NCBI GenBank assembly: GCA_003168235.1
Contig: PMSZ01000129.1
Span: 2,917-27,454, forward strand
Origin: Acidobacteriaceae bacterium
GTDB lineage: Bacteria; Acidobacteriota; Terriglobia; Terriglobales; Acidobacteriaceae
DNA: 24,538 nucleotides
Direction of reading: 5' to 3'
This document shows, one piece after another, positions 16,776 to 24,538 of the stretch (positions are counted from its first letter, which is position 1; every line of letters begins with the position of its first letter). A model generated the notes under the pieces. The model made no database searches. It was not told the DNA's origin and worked only from the letters and a program-made list of their open reading frames with translations. The position numbers and the translations under genes were made by a program.

Positions 16776-17753
16776 CTAACCTGCATCGGCCGCGCCTGTC
16801 CGAATCCTGGGATCGGATACCATCAGCATGATGTCCGCAACCATGTTTCCGCCGAGCATGAAGAGCGCGGAAAACATGATGCCGCCGATCACCACGTAGA
16901 GGTCGCGAGAGAAAGTGGCGTCGAGCACCAGCGGCCCCAAACCGGGCCATCCGCAGATCACCTCCACCAGCATCGACCCGCTGATCAACCCGGCTAGGGA
17001 AAAGCCGAAAAGAGAAATCGCAGGATTGGCCGCGACCGGCAACACGTGGCGGAAAAGCAACCTGCCACGGCTGATGCCAAGACCGCGCGCAGTTTGCACG
17101 TAGGAAGCGCCTAACACTTCAAGTACACTCGCGCGGACGTGCCGTACTATCACTGCGCTTTCGCACAGCACCAGAATCACTACCGGCAATGTCAAGTGCG
17201 CGACGACATCTCTGAATTGCTCCCACCCCGAGAGCTCCTCAAAATTGCTCGATACCATTCCGCCGACCGGCGTCAACCGCCAGCGTGCGGCAGTAGCAAG
17301 CAGCGCGAGTGCAATCACAATCTCCGGGACTGCAATCAGCAGCGAACTTATGACGGTGATTGCTCGATCCAGCACCCCGCCTCGCTTGGCCGCAGCCCAA
17401 AGTCCCAGCGGTAGCGAAATGCCCCACGTGAGAACCATCGCTGTTAGTGTCAGCAATAAAGTATTTTTCGCACGGCTCCAGAGCAGCGGAGCCACGGGTG
17501 TGTTGTAAGCGATGGAATAGCCGAGGTCCGCATGCAACGCCGATTTCACCCACCGTCCGTACCGGACAACGAGCGGTTGATCCAGGCCATGCTGGGCGCG
17601 CAACCCGGCAATGGTTTCGGGCGAAATCTGCGGGTTCACTCGCATCTCATCAAAAAAGCTCCCCGGTGCCATCTCTGTGAACAGGAAGCAGAGCACGGAT
17701 ACGCCTGCGAGCAACAAAATCCCGCGTACAAGTCGACGGACAAGATAGCTCAC
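16776..17753 (-). CDS. ABC transporter permease (OppB/DppB-like), 325 aa
   Basis: YLVRRL...GLDQPLVVRYGRW...DLGYS, YVQTARGLG...HVLP, GSMLVEVI.GWPGLG...RDL. The GTG start overlaps the upstream TGA. Confidence 0.9.
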   Translation of the reverse strand: MSYLVRRLVRGILLLAGVSVLCFLFTEMAPGSFFDEMRVNPQISPETIAGLRAQHGLDQPLVVRYGRWVKSALHADLGYSIAYNTPVAPLLWSRAKNTLLLTLTAMVLTWGISLPLGLWAAAKRGGVLDRAITVISSLLIAVPEIVIALALLATAARWRLTPVGGMVSSNFEELSGWEQFRDVVAHLTLPVVILVLCESAVIVRHVRASVLEVLGASYVQTARGLGISRGRLLFRHVLPVAANPAISLFGFSLAGLISGSMLVEVICGWPGLGPLVLDATFSRDLYVVIGGIMFSALFMLGGNMVADIMLMVSDPRIRTGAADAG

Positions 17754-18607
17754 AGCGAAGCTCCCGTAATCGCCGCCAGATTGGTCTGCGCAGCACGTGC
17801 CGATCTCAAAAGCCGAATCGTCTCTTCATGTTTCGGAGCGGTCATCATCTCTGCTGTTGAGCCCATCTCCACTATCCGCCCACCCGCCATCACCGCGATT
17901 ACATCAGCCATGCGGCCAACCACCGCCGGATCATGCGAGATCAGGAGATACGTGAGCGAGTGCGCCGCCTGAAGATCCAGCAACAGATTCGCAATCTGCC
18001 CCTGCGTCGACAAATCCAAACCGGTGAGAGCTTCATCCAAAACCAGGAGCTTTGGACGCACCGTCAGCGCACGCGCAATCGCCAGCCTCTGCCGTTGTCC
18101 ACCGCTGAACTGCATCACCGACCGTTCGATCCCGTCCACCGACAGTCCAACCTCGTTCACCGAGCTTCGGACCGTTTCTCTGCGGAGCGCTTCGTCTTTC
18201 CCCATGATTAGTAATGGCTCCTCCACGGCCTCCGCCGCCGTGAAACGCGGATTCATCGACGTAACTGCATCCTGAAAAACCATCTGGACTTGCGTGCGCC
18301 ACGGAAGCAGCGCGCTCAAGCTAAGGCTCGCGATGTCTGTGTCGCCGATCCATATTTGCCCCGCGTCCGATTTTTCCAGCAGCGCCACGCACCGCGCCAC
18401 AGTCGATTTCCCCGAGCCCGATTCTCCCACCAGCGCCAGTGTTCGGCCTGCCGCAATTTCGAAGTCCACACCGCGCACCGCCTCCACAACGCGTTCCCGC
18501 CACAGTCCTCCTCGAACGTAGCGTTTCGCCAGACCGCTCACGCGCAAGAATGCATTTTGCGACTCGGGCTCCCGCGACATCGGCCGAGTTGGAAAGTTAC
18601 TCACCAT
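17750..18607 (-). CDS. ABC transporter ATP-binding protein (OppF/DppF-like), 285 aa
   Basis: Walker A GESGSGKS, QMVFQD, signature SGGQRQR, Walker B LVLDE, ISHD. Confidence 0.9.
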   Translation of the reverse strand: MVSNFPTRPMSREPESQNAFLRVSGLAKRYVRGGLWRERVVEAVRGVDFEIAAGRTLALVGESGSGKSTVARCVALLEKSDAGQIWIGDTDIASLSLSALLPWRTQVQMVFQDAVTSMNPRFTAAEAVEEPLLIMGKDEALRRETVRSSVNEVGLSVDGIERSVMQFSGGQRQRLAIARALTVRPKLLVLDEALTGLDLSTQGQIANLLLDLQAAHSLTYLLISHDPAVVGRMADVIAVMAGGRIVEMGSTAEMMTAPKHEETIRLLRSARAAQTNLAAITGASL

Positions 18608-19583
18608 ACTTGAAGCAGCTCACTGGCCTTGCGGGCATCGGCACAAAAGATGGCGGATACCTCTGCACGCAAATTTCCATCCGTTCCCGGCAGCGTGGCT
18701 CAAAGCGGCATCCAACCGGAAACGCAGCGGGGTTAGGCGACTCGCCTTCGATCGACGCGAAATGCGTGCGCACTGGTGCGCCCACGGCCGACTTTGCCAT
18801 CTCAACCAATGCCTGTGTATAGGGATGTAAGGGCTGCCGGAGAATCTGGGCCGTGTTGCCAATCTCGACAATCTTTCCCGCATACATCACGGCAATGCTA
18901 TCGATGAATCCAGCGAACATCGCTGGATCGTGACTGATGACTAGAATTGCCGTTCCATGTTTTCGGCGAATTTGCGCCAGCAGCGCGACAATTTCCTCCT
19001 GCAGGGGCGCATCCAGCTTACTGGTTGGTTCGTCGGCGATCAGCAACGCAGGTCGGCACGCAACTGCCTGCGCAATCGCGATTCGTTGCCGTTGTCCGCC
19101 ACTGAGCTGATGTGGATACGCATCATAGATTTCTTCCGGACGGACGAATCCAACCTCGCCTAGCAACTCAAGAACGCGTGCCCGGCGCTGCTTTCGGCCC
19201 AAGGGTAAATGCGCGCGAAGTATTTCAGCCACCTGGCTGCCGACACTCAGCACTGGATTCAACGAGAGCGCTGGGTCCTGAGGGACGAACGTAACTTCGC
19301 GGCCCCTAATTGCGCGCAGCTCCCGTTCCGACATTCGCAGTAAATTGCGTCCGCGAAAAAGTATTTCTCCTTGTTCGCAAACCGCGCCCGCCGGCAACAG
19401 CCGCAGAAGCGCATTCGCGAGCGTGCTTTTGCCGCAGCCGGATTCTCCGAGGATTCCGACAATCTCCTCGCTGCCGATGGCAAGACTGAGATCGTCGACC
19501 GCCGGAATACGGCTCCCATTGGCTAGGGTATAAGCTACCGACAACCCTCGTACCGCGACAAGAACTTTCCCTGTGCCGTCCAC
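18597..19583 (-). CDS. ABC transporter ATP-binding protein (OppD/DppD-like) with C-terminal HPY/Cys domain, 328 aa
   Basis: GESGCGKS, YPHQLSGGQRQR, LIADEPTSKLD, HPYTQAL, GCRFEPRC...VSCF. GAGG upstream of the GTG. Confidence 0.9.
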   Translation of the reverse strand: MDGTGKVLVAVRGLSVAYTLANGSRIPAVDDLSLAIGSEEIVGILGESGCGKSTLANALLRLLPAGAVCEQGEILFRGRNLLRMSERELRAIRGREVTFVPQDPALSLNPVLSVGSQVAEILRAHLPLGRKQRRARVLELLGEVGFVRPEEIYDAYPHQLSGGQRQRIAIAQAVACRPALLIADEPTSKLDAPLQEEIVALLAQIRRKHGTAILVISHDPAMFAGFIDSIAVMYAGKIVEIGNTAQILRQPLHPYTQALVEMAKSAVGAPVRTHFASIEGESPNPAAFPVGCRFEPRCRERMEICVQRYPPSFVPMPARPVSCFKYGE

Positions 19584-19708
19584 TTTGTAGAAACCTCGTC
19601 AGAATAAGTTTCGTCGGCGCAACTGCTCTTCGCAATTGGCGAGTAAGGAGCCTGGAAGAGACTGCTCCCAAAATGTATTAAGAATGGGTCGGGTGGCGCG
19701 TTTGAAAC

Positions 19709-20650
19709 CTATCGCGCCTGACGATGGGTGTCGTGCCGGCGAATAAATTCTTGCATTCGATCTCCGTTTCGAAATGCTTCGGTGCCTCCACACTCGGTGG
19801 TGGAAAAGGCTCCGCACAGATTTCCGTATGAAAGGCACGTCGCGATGTCCGCTCCGCGCAAAAATTGGTGGAGAAACCCGGCGTCAAAACTGTCGCCCGC
19901 GCCAATAGGATCGACGACTGCTACCGGAACGGCGGCTGCGCTAAGTCGGCGACCGTCGCGCATGGCAACAGCACCGCTGGCGCCCATCTTGACGACGACA
20001 GTCTCAACCCTCTGTGCCAAACGCGAAAGAGCGGTCTCCACATCGCCAGCGCGGGAAATCCTCATCGCTTCACGTTCGTTCGGCAACAAAATGTCCACGT
20101 GAGGCAGGATCTCATCGAGACCGCTGCCCCAGAGGTCATCGGGATCGTCATTCGTGTCGAGCGAAGTAGCCAAGCCAGCCGACTTCATATGCCGAAACAG
20201 TTCGGGCACGTGCGGCAGCAGTTCGCGCTGCAAGAAAAGCGACGACATATGAAAGTGGCGTGCCGATGCCAGATAGTCGAGATCGAGATCCTCAAAGCGT
20301 AACTCAGAGATTGTGCCAGGATATGTGAGAATATGCCGCTCGCGCCCATGGGGCAGAATAAGTGTCACGCCGGACTTGGGTCCGCAGGCCACGCACTCCA
20401 GATTGACGCCGCGTTCGCGTAGGCGGTCCAACGCGAGGCTTCCGAAAAGGTCGTTGCCGATCTTAGTGACGAATCCAACGCGGCTGCCAAGAGCGGCAAG
20501 ATTGTGTGCCAGGATGGCCGACGAACTGCCCAGCGTAATCGCAAAGTCGCTCGCCAGTAGTTCCCGCTCGGTGGGCATTTGCTCTGGCAGACCGTAGAGG
20601 ATCAGGTCAAGGTTGATCTCCCCGACGATGGCGATATCGAGCTTAGACAT
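19709..20650 (-). CDS. PfkB-family carbohydrate kinase, ~313 aa
   Basis: GSSSAILAHNLAALG, ILLPNEREA, VVVKMGASGA, DPIGAGDSFDAGF. Alternative GTG start at 20668. Confidence 0.9.
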   Translation of the reverse strand: MSKLDIAIVGEINLDLILYGLPEQMPTERELLASDFAITLGSSSAILAHNLAALGSRVGFVTKIGNDLFGSLALDRLRERGVNLECVACGPKSGVTLILPHGRERHILTYPGTISELRFEDLDLDYLASARHFHMSSLFLQRELLPHVPELFRHMKSAGLATSLDTNDDPDDLWGSGLDEILPHVDILLPNEREAMRISRAGDVETALSRLAQRVETVVVKMGASGAVAMRDGRRLSAAAVPVAVVDPIGAGDSFDAGFLHQFLRGADIATCLSYGNLCGAFSTTECGGTEAFRNGDRMQEFIRRHDTHRQAR

Positions 20651-20701
20651 GGAGCAAAAGGTCGGCACTGTTGTTAAATGCCGACTGCTTAATGTGCGTT
20701 G

Positions 20702-21784
20702 TCAATGGCCGTCCGCGAGTTCGACGACGCGTGACAGGTTCCTTGGCGAGTCAGGATCGAGCCTCTTCTTGATCCCGTAGTAAGCCCCATACAGTTGGCC
20801 CCAAATCGCAAAAGCCGCAACGCGCGCGTATTCCGGTAACTGCAGGCCGAGTTCGATGGCGAAGTCCGCGGCGCGCCGCGCCCGGTCATCGACGCGATTC
20901 GCAATCACCATGGTGGCCGCGCCGAGAGCCTTCATTTCCTCGAGTAACTCCAGTTCCGCCTCGTAAGAAGTCTCCGACATAAGAAACGTGATCAGTGTTT
21001 CCGGACCCGCGATGGACTTCGGACCGTGCCTAAACTCCAGGGAATGAAATGCTTGCGCGTAGGAGCAAGAGGATTCAGTCACCTTCAGCGCGCACTCCGA
21101 GGCAACCCCGAAAAGCGGACCCTGCGCCAGGAAGACGAAATCCGAAAAGCTGCAAGAGTCAGCGAACGTTTGCAAACGGCGCGGAATGTCCTCAAGTAGA
21201 GGTTCGACGTGCTGGGGTAGATCGATCAATGCCCGGCGGAACGCGACATCGCCGGCCACAATTGCCCCGAGATACTGCAGTGCCAGCAGCATAGAAGTGA
21301 ATGACCGCGTCATTACCGTGCTTTGTTCGTCAGCGTCCGAAAGTTTCGACGTTACACTGCAAGTCTGCTCGAGCGGTTGGCCATCGGCACAGGTGATAGC
21401 AATCGTACGCAGATTGTAATCGGTTTCCAGCATCTGCCCGGCGCGGACCGCCTCCGAGGTGCGCCCCGATCGCGAAATGACGACCGGAACATACTCTCGT
21501 CCCGGGTGTAGAGTCAGCGCTGGATACAGCATCAGCTCAGAAGCGGCGACAGCTCGTGCCGGTAGCCTGAGATAGTTGAAGCTCGATGCGGCGGCTTGTG
21601 CGAGATAGTAGCTCGTTCCGCAACCGACAAAGATCCACTCTGCTCCTGGCCGCGCGAGTTGAGCGGCCGCGCGCAGTTCTGCGCTCGCCGACAGTTGGCT
21701 TAGACACGCGCTCCAGCACTGCGGCTGAGAAAGAATTTCGTTCAGCGTGTGTTGGCCTGGTTCTTTGATTGCCGTCGATTTCAT
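20702..21784 (-). CDS. Two-domain SIS sugar-phosphate isomerase/deaminase (AgaS/NagB-II/GlmS C-terminal-like), 360 aa
   Basis: EILSQP, FVGCGTSY, ISRSGRTSE, EQSTVMTRSFTSM, ALKVTE, EFRHGPKS. No N-terminal glutaminase domain. Confidence 0.85.
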   Translation of the reverse strand: MKSTAIKEPGQHTLNEILSQPQCWSACLSQLSASAELRAAAQLARPGAEWIFVGCGTSYYLAQAAASSFNYLRLPARAVAASELMLYPALTLHPGREYVPVVISRSGRTSEAVRAGQMLETDYNLRTIAITCADGQPLEQTCSVTSKLSDADEQSTVMTRSFTSMLLALQYLGAIVAGDVAFRRALIDLPQHVEPLLEDIPRRLQTFADSCSFSDFVFLAQGPLFGVASECALKVTESSCSYAQAFHSLEFRHGPKSIAGPETLITFLMSETSYEAELELLEEMKALGAATMVIANRVDDRARRAADFAIELGLQLPEYARVAAFAIWGQLYGAYYGIKKRLDPDSPRNLSRVVELADGH

Positions 21785-21803
21785 TGCTATCAGCTGGCTC
21801 CAA

Positions 21804-22580
21804 TTACACTAATGTCACTTTCACTCCCACGTCTCTCAGCGCGTGCAAGTCCGATTTCGGAATCTGTTTGTCGGTAATCACCTCGTGGACTGCGGTGACC
21901 GGCATAATGTTGCACAAACTGCGGCGTCCGAATTTGCTCGAGTCACAAACTGCGACCGTTCTGCGGGCAATGTCGACCATAGCGCGGTTGACTCCAGACT
22001 CCAACAGGTTCGGAGTAAAAAGACCCGCTTTGGTGTCGAAGCCATCTACACCCAGGAACAAAATGTCGGCGCTAAGTTGCCGCAGCGTTCGTTCTGCTAA
22101 GGGACCGACGAGAGAAAAGGAGTTTTTTCGCAGCACGCCTCCGGTCAAGACCACTTCAACCTGCGTGCCCGCCATCTCTGCCGCGATATTGATCGCATTG
22201 GTGATCACTGTGAGCTGTTTCATTTCTTTGAGCGACCGCGCAATGGCTGTGGTGGTTGTACCCGAATCGAGCAATACGGACTGGCCTTCTTCCACCAGTC
22301 GGACTGCCGCGTGCGCAATCCGCGCCTTCTCGCTCCGGTGAAGCTTCTCTTTCTCGCGCAGCGACGGATCGAGCAGCGCCCCAGCCTGCACCGGTAGCGC
22401 GCCACCGTGCGTGCGCTGAATTACACCTTGGCCATCCAGAAACTCCAGGTCTTTGCGGATCGTGATCTGTGAAATACGGAAACGCCGCGCCAGTTCCTTG
22501 ACGAGCACCCGCCCATCGCGGTGCAGGACCCCGAGGATCTCGCGACGGCGTTCTTCGTTAAGCAGACCATTGGAAGACAT
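21804..22580 (-). CDS. DeoR/GlpR-family transcriptional regulator (AgaR-like), ~258 aa
   Basis: ERRREIL...VKELARRF.IS.ITIRKDL..L...G.I.RTHGGA, LLDSGTTT, VITNAINIA, DILFLGVDG, DSSKFGR. Confidence 0.92.
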   Translation of the reverse strand: MSSNGLLNEERRREILGVLHRDGRVLVKELARRFRISQITIRKDLEFLDGQGVIQRTHGGALPVQAGALLDPSLREKEKLHRSEKARIAHAAVRLVEEGQSVLLDSGTTTTAIARSLKEMKQLTVITNAINIAAEMAGTQVEVVLTGGVLRKNSFSLVGPLAERTLRQLSADILFLGVDGFDTKAGLFTPNLLESGVNRAMVDIARRTVAVCDSSKFGRRSLCNIMPVTAVHEVITDKQIPKSDLHALRDVGVKVTLV

Positions 22581-22649
22581 GATTGTTTCGTTTTGTTCCG
22601 AATACTGACTCTCGTGGCTGGCCGCCGGAATTGTCAAGCCTCCGATCCT

Positions 22650-24536
22650 TCAGAAATAAAACTTCAGCGCCACCTGGATCTGTCGCGGCGCTCGTGCCGC
22701 CAGAGGATATCCAAAGCCGCTCTGCCCCATTTCCAGCGGGGTGGGTTCGGCGCTGATCGCGCCAAACTGACCAAACAAATAGTTCACATGGTTGAGCACG
22801 TTGAAAAATTCTGCCCGGAATTCGAGATGCTTTTGTTCGGTGATCGCAAATTGTTTGACTAGCGACGTGTCCCACGTTGTATATCCGGGTCCTTCGATAA
22901 TATTCCGCCCGGCGTTGCCGAATGTGCCTAGCGGGACGATTCCGGGGTTGGTGTTGTCGTCCGCAAAAGCGCAGGTGTTAAACAGCGTTCCCGGAATGCA
23001 TGGCTTGGTATTGGGATTACCAACTCGCGCCGGACGCGAGCAATAGTAGCCAACCGTTCCACCGCAATCGCTGCCTGAGACGGAGACGTCATTGATGTCC
23101 GTAGCGGTGTAGTAATTCCCCGTCGCCGCCGACAATACGCCGGTCATCTGCCAATCGCCAATGATCTGGTTCACGACGCCGGAAGCGTCTTTGCCGAACG
23201 TCCGGCCCCGGCCGAAGGGCAAGTCGTAGAGATAGCTAAACACGAGACGCTGACGCACGTCGAAGTCGGCATTGCCATAGTTCTGGTTAGGGTACCTCTG
23301 GTCCTGAAAATCTCCGTTGTTCACCGATCCCAGGCTGGCGCTGGAAGCATTGTCCAGGGCATGCGCAAAGGTATATGCCAGTTCATACTGGAGTCCGTGA
23401 GAATAGCGTTTCTCCAGGCGAACCTGCAGCGAGTCGTAGTTGGACTGTGTATTCGACCGAAAGGTGTCGATGGTTGTATCCAAGGCCGGATTGCAGTTTT
23501 GCGGGTTCGCCAGCGTGCAGGGACCGGTAGCGCCGGGCGCTTCATCGTTGGCGGGCCGCCGCGGTGCCGTGGGAAGCGAGTCCGTCCCGAGTACCGGAAC
23601 GGCCTGATTGCCATTGTAGAAGGCGAAGAGTTTCAATCCGCGCGAACCTGCATAGGAGACTTCGAGAACGGTGTCAGCCGGAAGCTGATATTCGAGACCC
23701 AGATGCCACTGCTGAGTGTACGGCGTGACCAGATGCGGATCGAGTGAATAGAGTTCCGGCGAATTCGGATCGCTAAGCGAGGTTGCGGGAAACCCCTGTG
23801 ACAGCACGTTGAGCGGCAAGCCGTTGTTGTTCGCAGCAGAAATCGAGCAGTCAAGCTGACTGCCGTTGGCAGACGGCGCCTGACACGGAGCGTTGAACGC
23901 CTCGGACGAGAGGAACGGAGGATTGAAGCCGGGGCTTGGATTCGAGAATGGACCGTTTTCCTGTCCGCCATAAAAAATTCCGTAACCGCTGCGGAGAACG
24001 AGCTTGTCCGCAAATTGATAAGCCAATCCGATACGGGGCGCGAAATTGTTTAGGTCCGGCGAAATGAGCCCGCGAGAGCCATTGTTCTGAATCGCAAGCT
24101 CGGTGCCCAGTGTGGGTGTCAATACGCGGTTTTGTCCGCTGGGAGCTATCAGCGAAAGAGTATTGAAATTGAAAGTGTCCTGGTTATTGTTGGCCTCCTT
24201 GATGGTGGTGAAGAGTTCGTAACGAAGGCCCAGATTCAGCGTGAGCTTCGAATTTACTTTGATATCGTCGAGACCATACACCGCATAAATCTGCCGGCGA
24301 TAGTCGATGTTGGGGTTCACGCTCGTGATTGATCCGCCATCGGAAATGCCCTGCATGAAGCTGGCGAACGCTTCGCCGCCCGTGCCCGGATCGGCGAGAT
24401 TGTCGTTGATGAGGAAGCCGCCGCCAAAATCCATCGCTCCACGCGCCGCGGCCGGTTCGAGAATCGTGAACTCTTCAAACCGCAGCTCGGCGCCGAACTT
24501 AGCGGCATGGCGTCCACGGGTCCAGCTCAGATTGTC
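22650..24536 (-). CDS. Oar-like TonB-dependent outer-membrane receptor, C-terminal part (5' end outside window)
   Basis: Frame open to the window edge (DNLSWTRGRHAAKFGAELR). D.IKVNSKLTLNLGLRYE, NNFAPRIGLAY, TQQWHLG, YDSLQVRLEKRYSHGL, FRAEFFNVLNH, terminal PRQIQVALKFYF. Confidence 0.92.
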   Translation of the reverse strand, partial: DNLSWTRGRHAAKFGAELRFEEFTILEPAAARGAMDFGGGFLINDNLADPGTGGEAFASFMQGISDGGSITSVNPNIDYRRQIYAVYGLDDIKVNSKLTLNLGLRYELFTTIKEANNNQDTFNFNTLSLIAPSGQNRVLTPTLGTELAIQNNGSRGLISPDLNNFAPRIGLAYQFADKLVLRSGYGIFYGGQENGPFSNPSPGFNPPFLSSEAFNAPCQAPSANGSQLDCSISAANNNGLPLNVLSQGFPATSLSDPNSPELYSLDPHLVTPYTQQWHLGLEYQLPADTVLEVSYAGSRGLKLFAFYNGNQAVPVLGTDSLPTAPRRPANDEAPGATGPCTLANPQNCNPALDTTIDTFRSNTQSNYDSLQVRLEKRYSHGLQYELAYTFAHALDNASSASLGSVNNGDFQDQRYPNQNYGNADFDVRQRLVFSYLYDLPFGRGRTFGKDASGVVNQIIGDWQMTGVLSAATGNYYTATDINDVSVSGSDCGGTVGYYCSRPARVGNPNTKPCIPGTLFNTCAFADDNTNPGIVPLGTFGNAGRNIIEGPGYTTWDTSLVKQFAITEQKHLEFRAEFFNVLNHVNYLFGQFGAISAEPTPLEMGQSGFGYPLAARAPRQIQVALKFYF

Positions 24537-24538
24537 GG

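Noticed and set aside
20702-21784. Gene symbol glmS or agaS
   Set aside because: It has no glutaminase domain, so it is not GlmS. The specific substrate cannot be assigned from motifs alone.

Overview
Chromosomal, high-GC bacterial window. The gene families, especially the Oar-like TonB-dependent receptor, suggest Acidobacteriota (inference). I saw no mobile element, CRISPR array, rRNA or tRNA. The left arm (+ strand) is a redox-themed block: partial egtB, egtD, a UBP-type Zn finger, a receiver-domain/TrxB-like flavoprotein lacking CxxC, and a cNMP-domain histidine kinase. Next come two exported hypothetical proteins (- strand). A peroxiredoxin-like/AhpC-TSA gene (6943..7488) follows, which the ORF track truncates: it reads through an in-frame UGA in a UxxC motif followed by a SECIS-like hairpin, so it is a probable selenoprotein. 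The right two-thirds is one - strand run: Oar-like TBDR (partial), DeoR regulator, SIS protein, PfkB kinase, Opp/Dpp-type ABC importer with the binding protein last, ECF sigma, TPR-CHAT protease, soluble Zn-motif anti-sigma-like protein, secreted S8 protease and HD-GYP protein. The binding protein, sigma and CHAT genes overlap at their stop/start codons. The S8 protease carries two identical octapeptides (DQRTVAVL) that are synonymously diverged at the DNA level. Main hypothesis (inference, untested): a peptide-signalling circuit in which the protease releases a peptide, the ABC system imports it, and it activates TPR-CHAT to cleave the anti-sigma and free the sigma factor.
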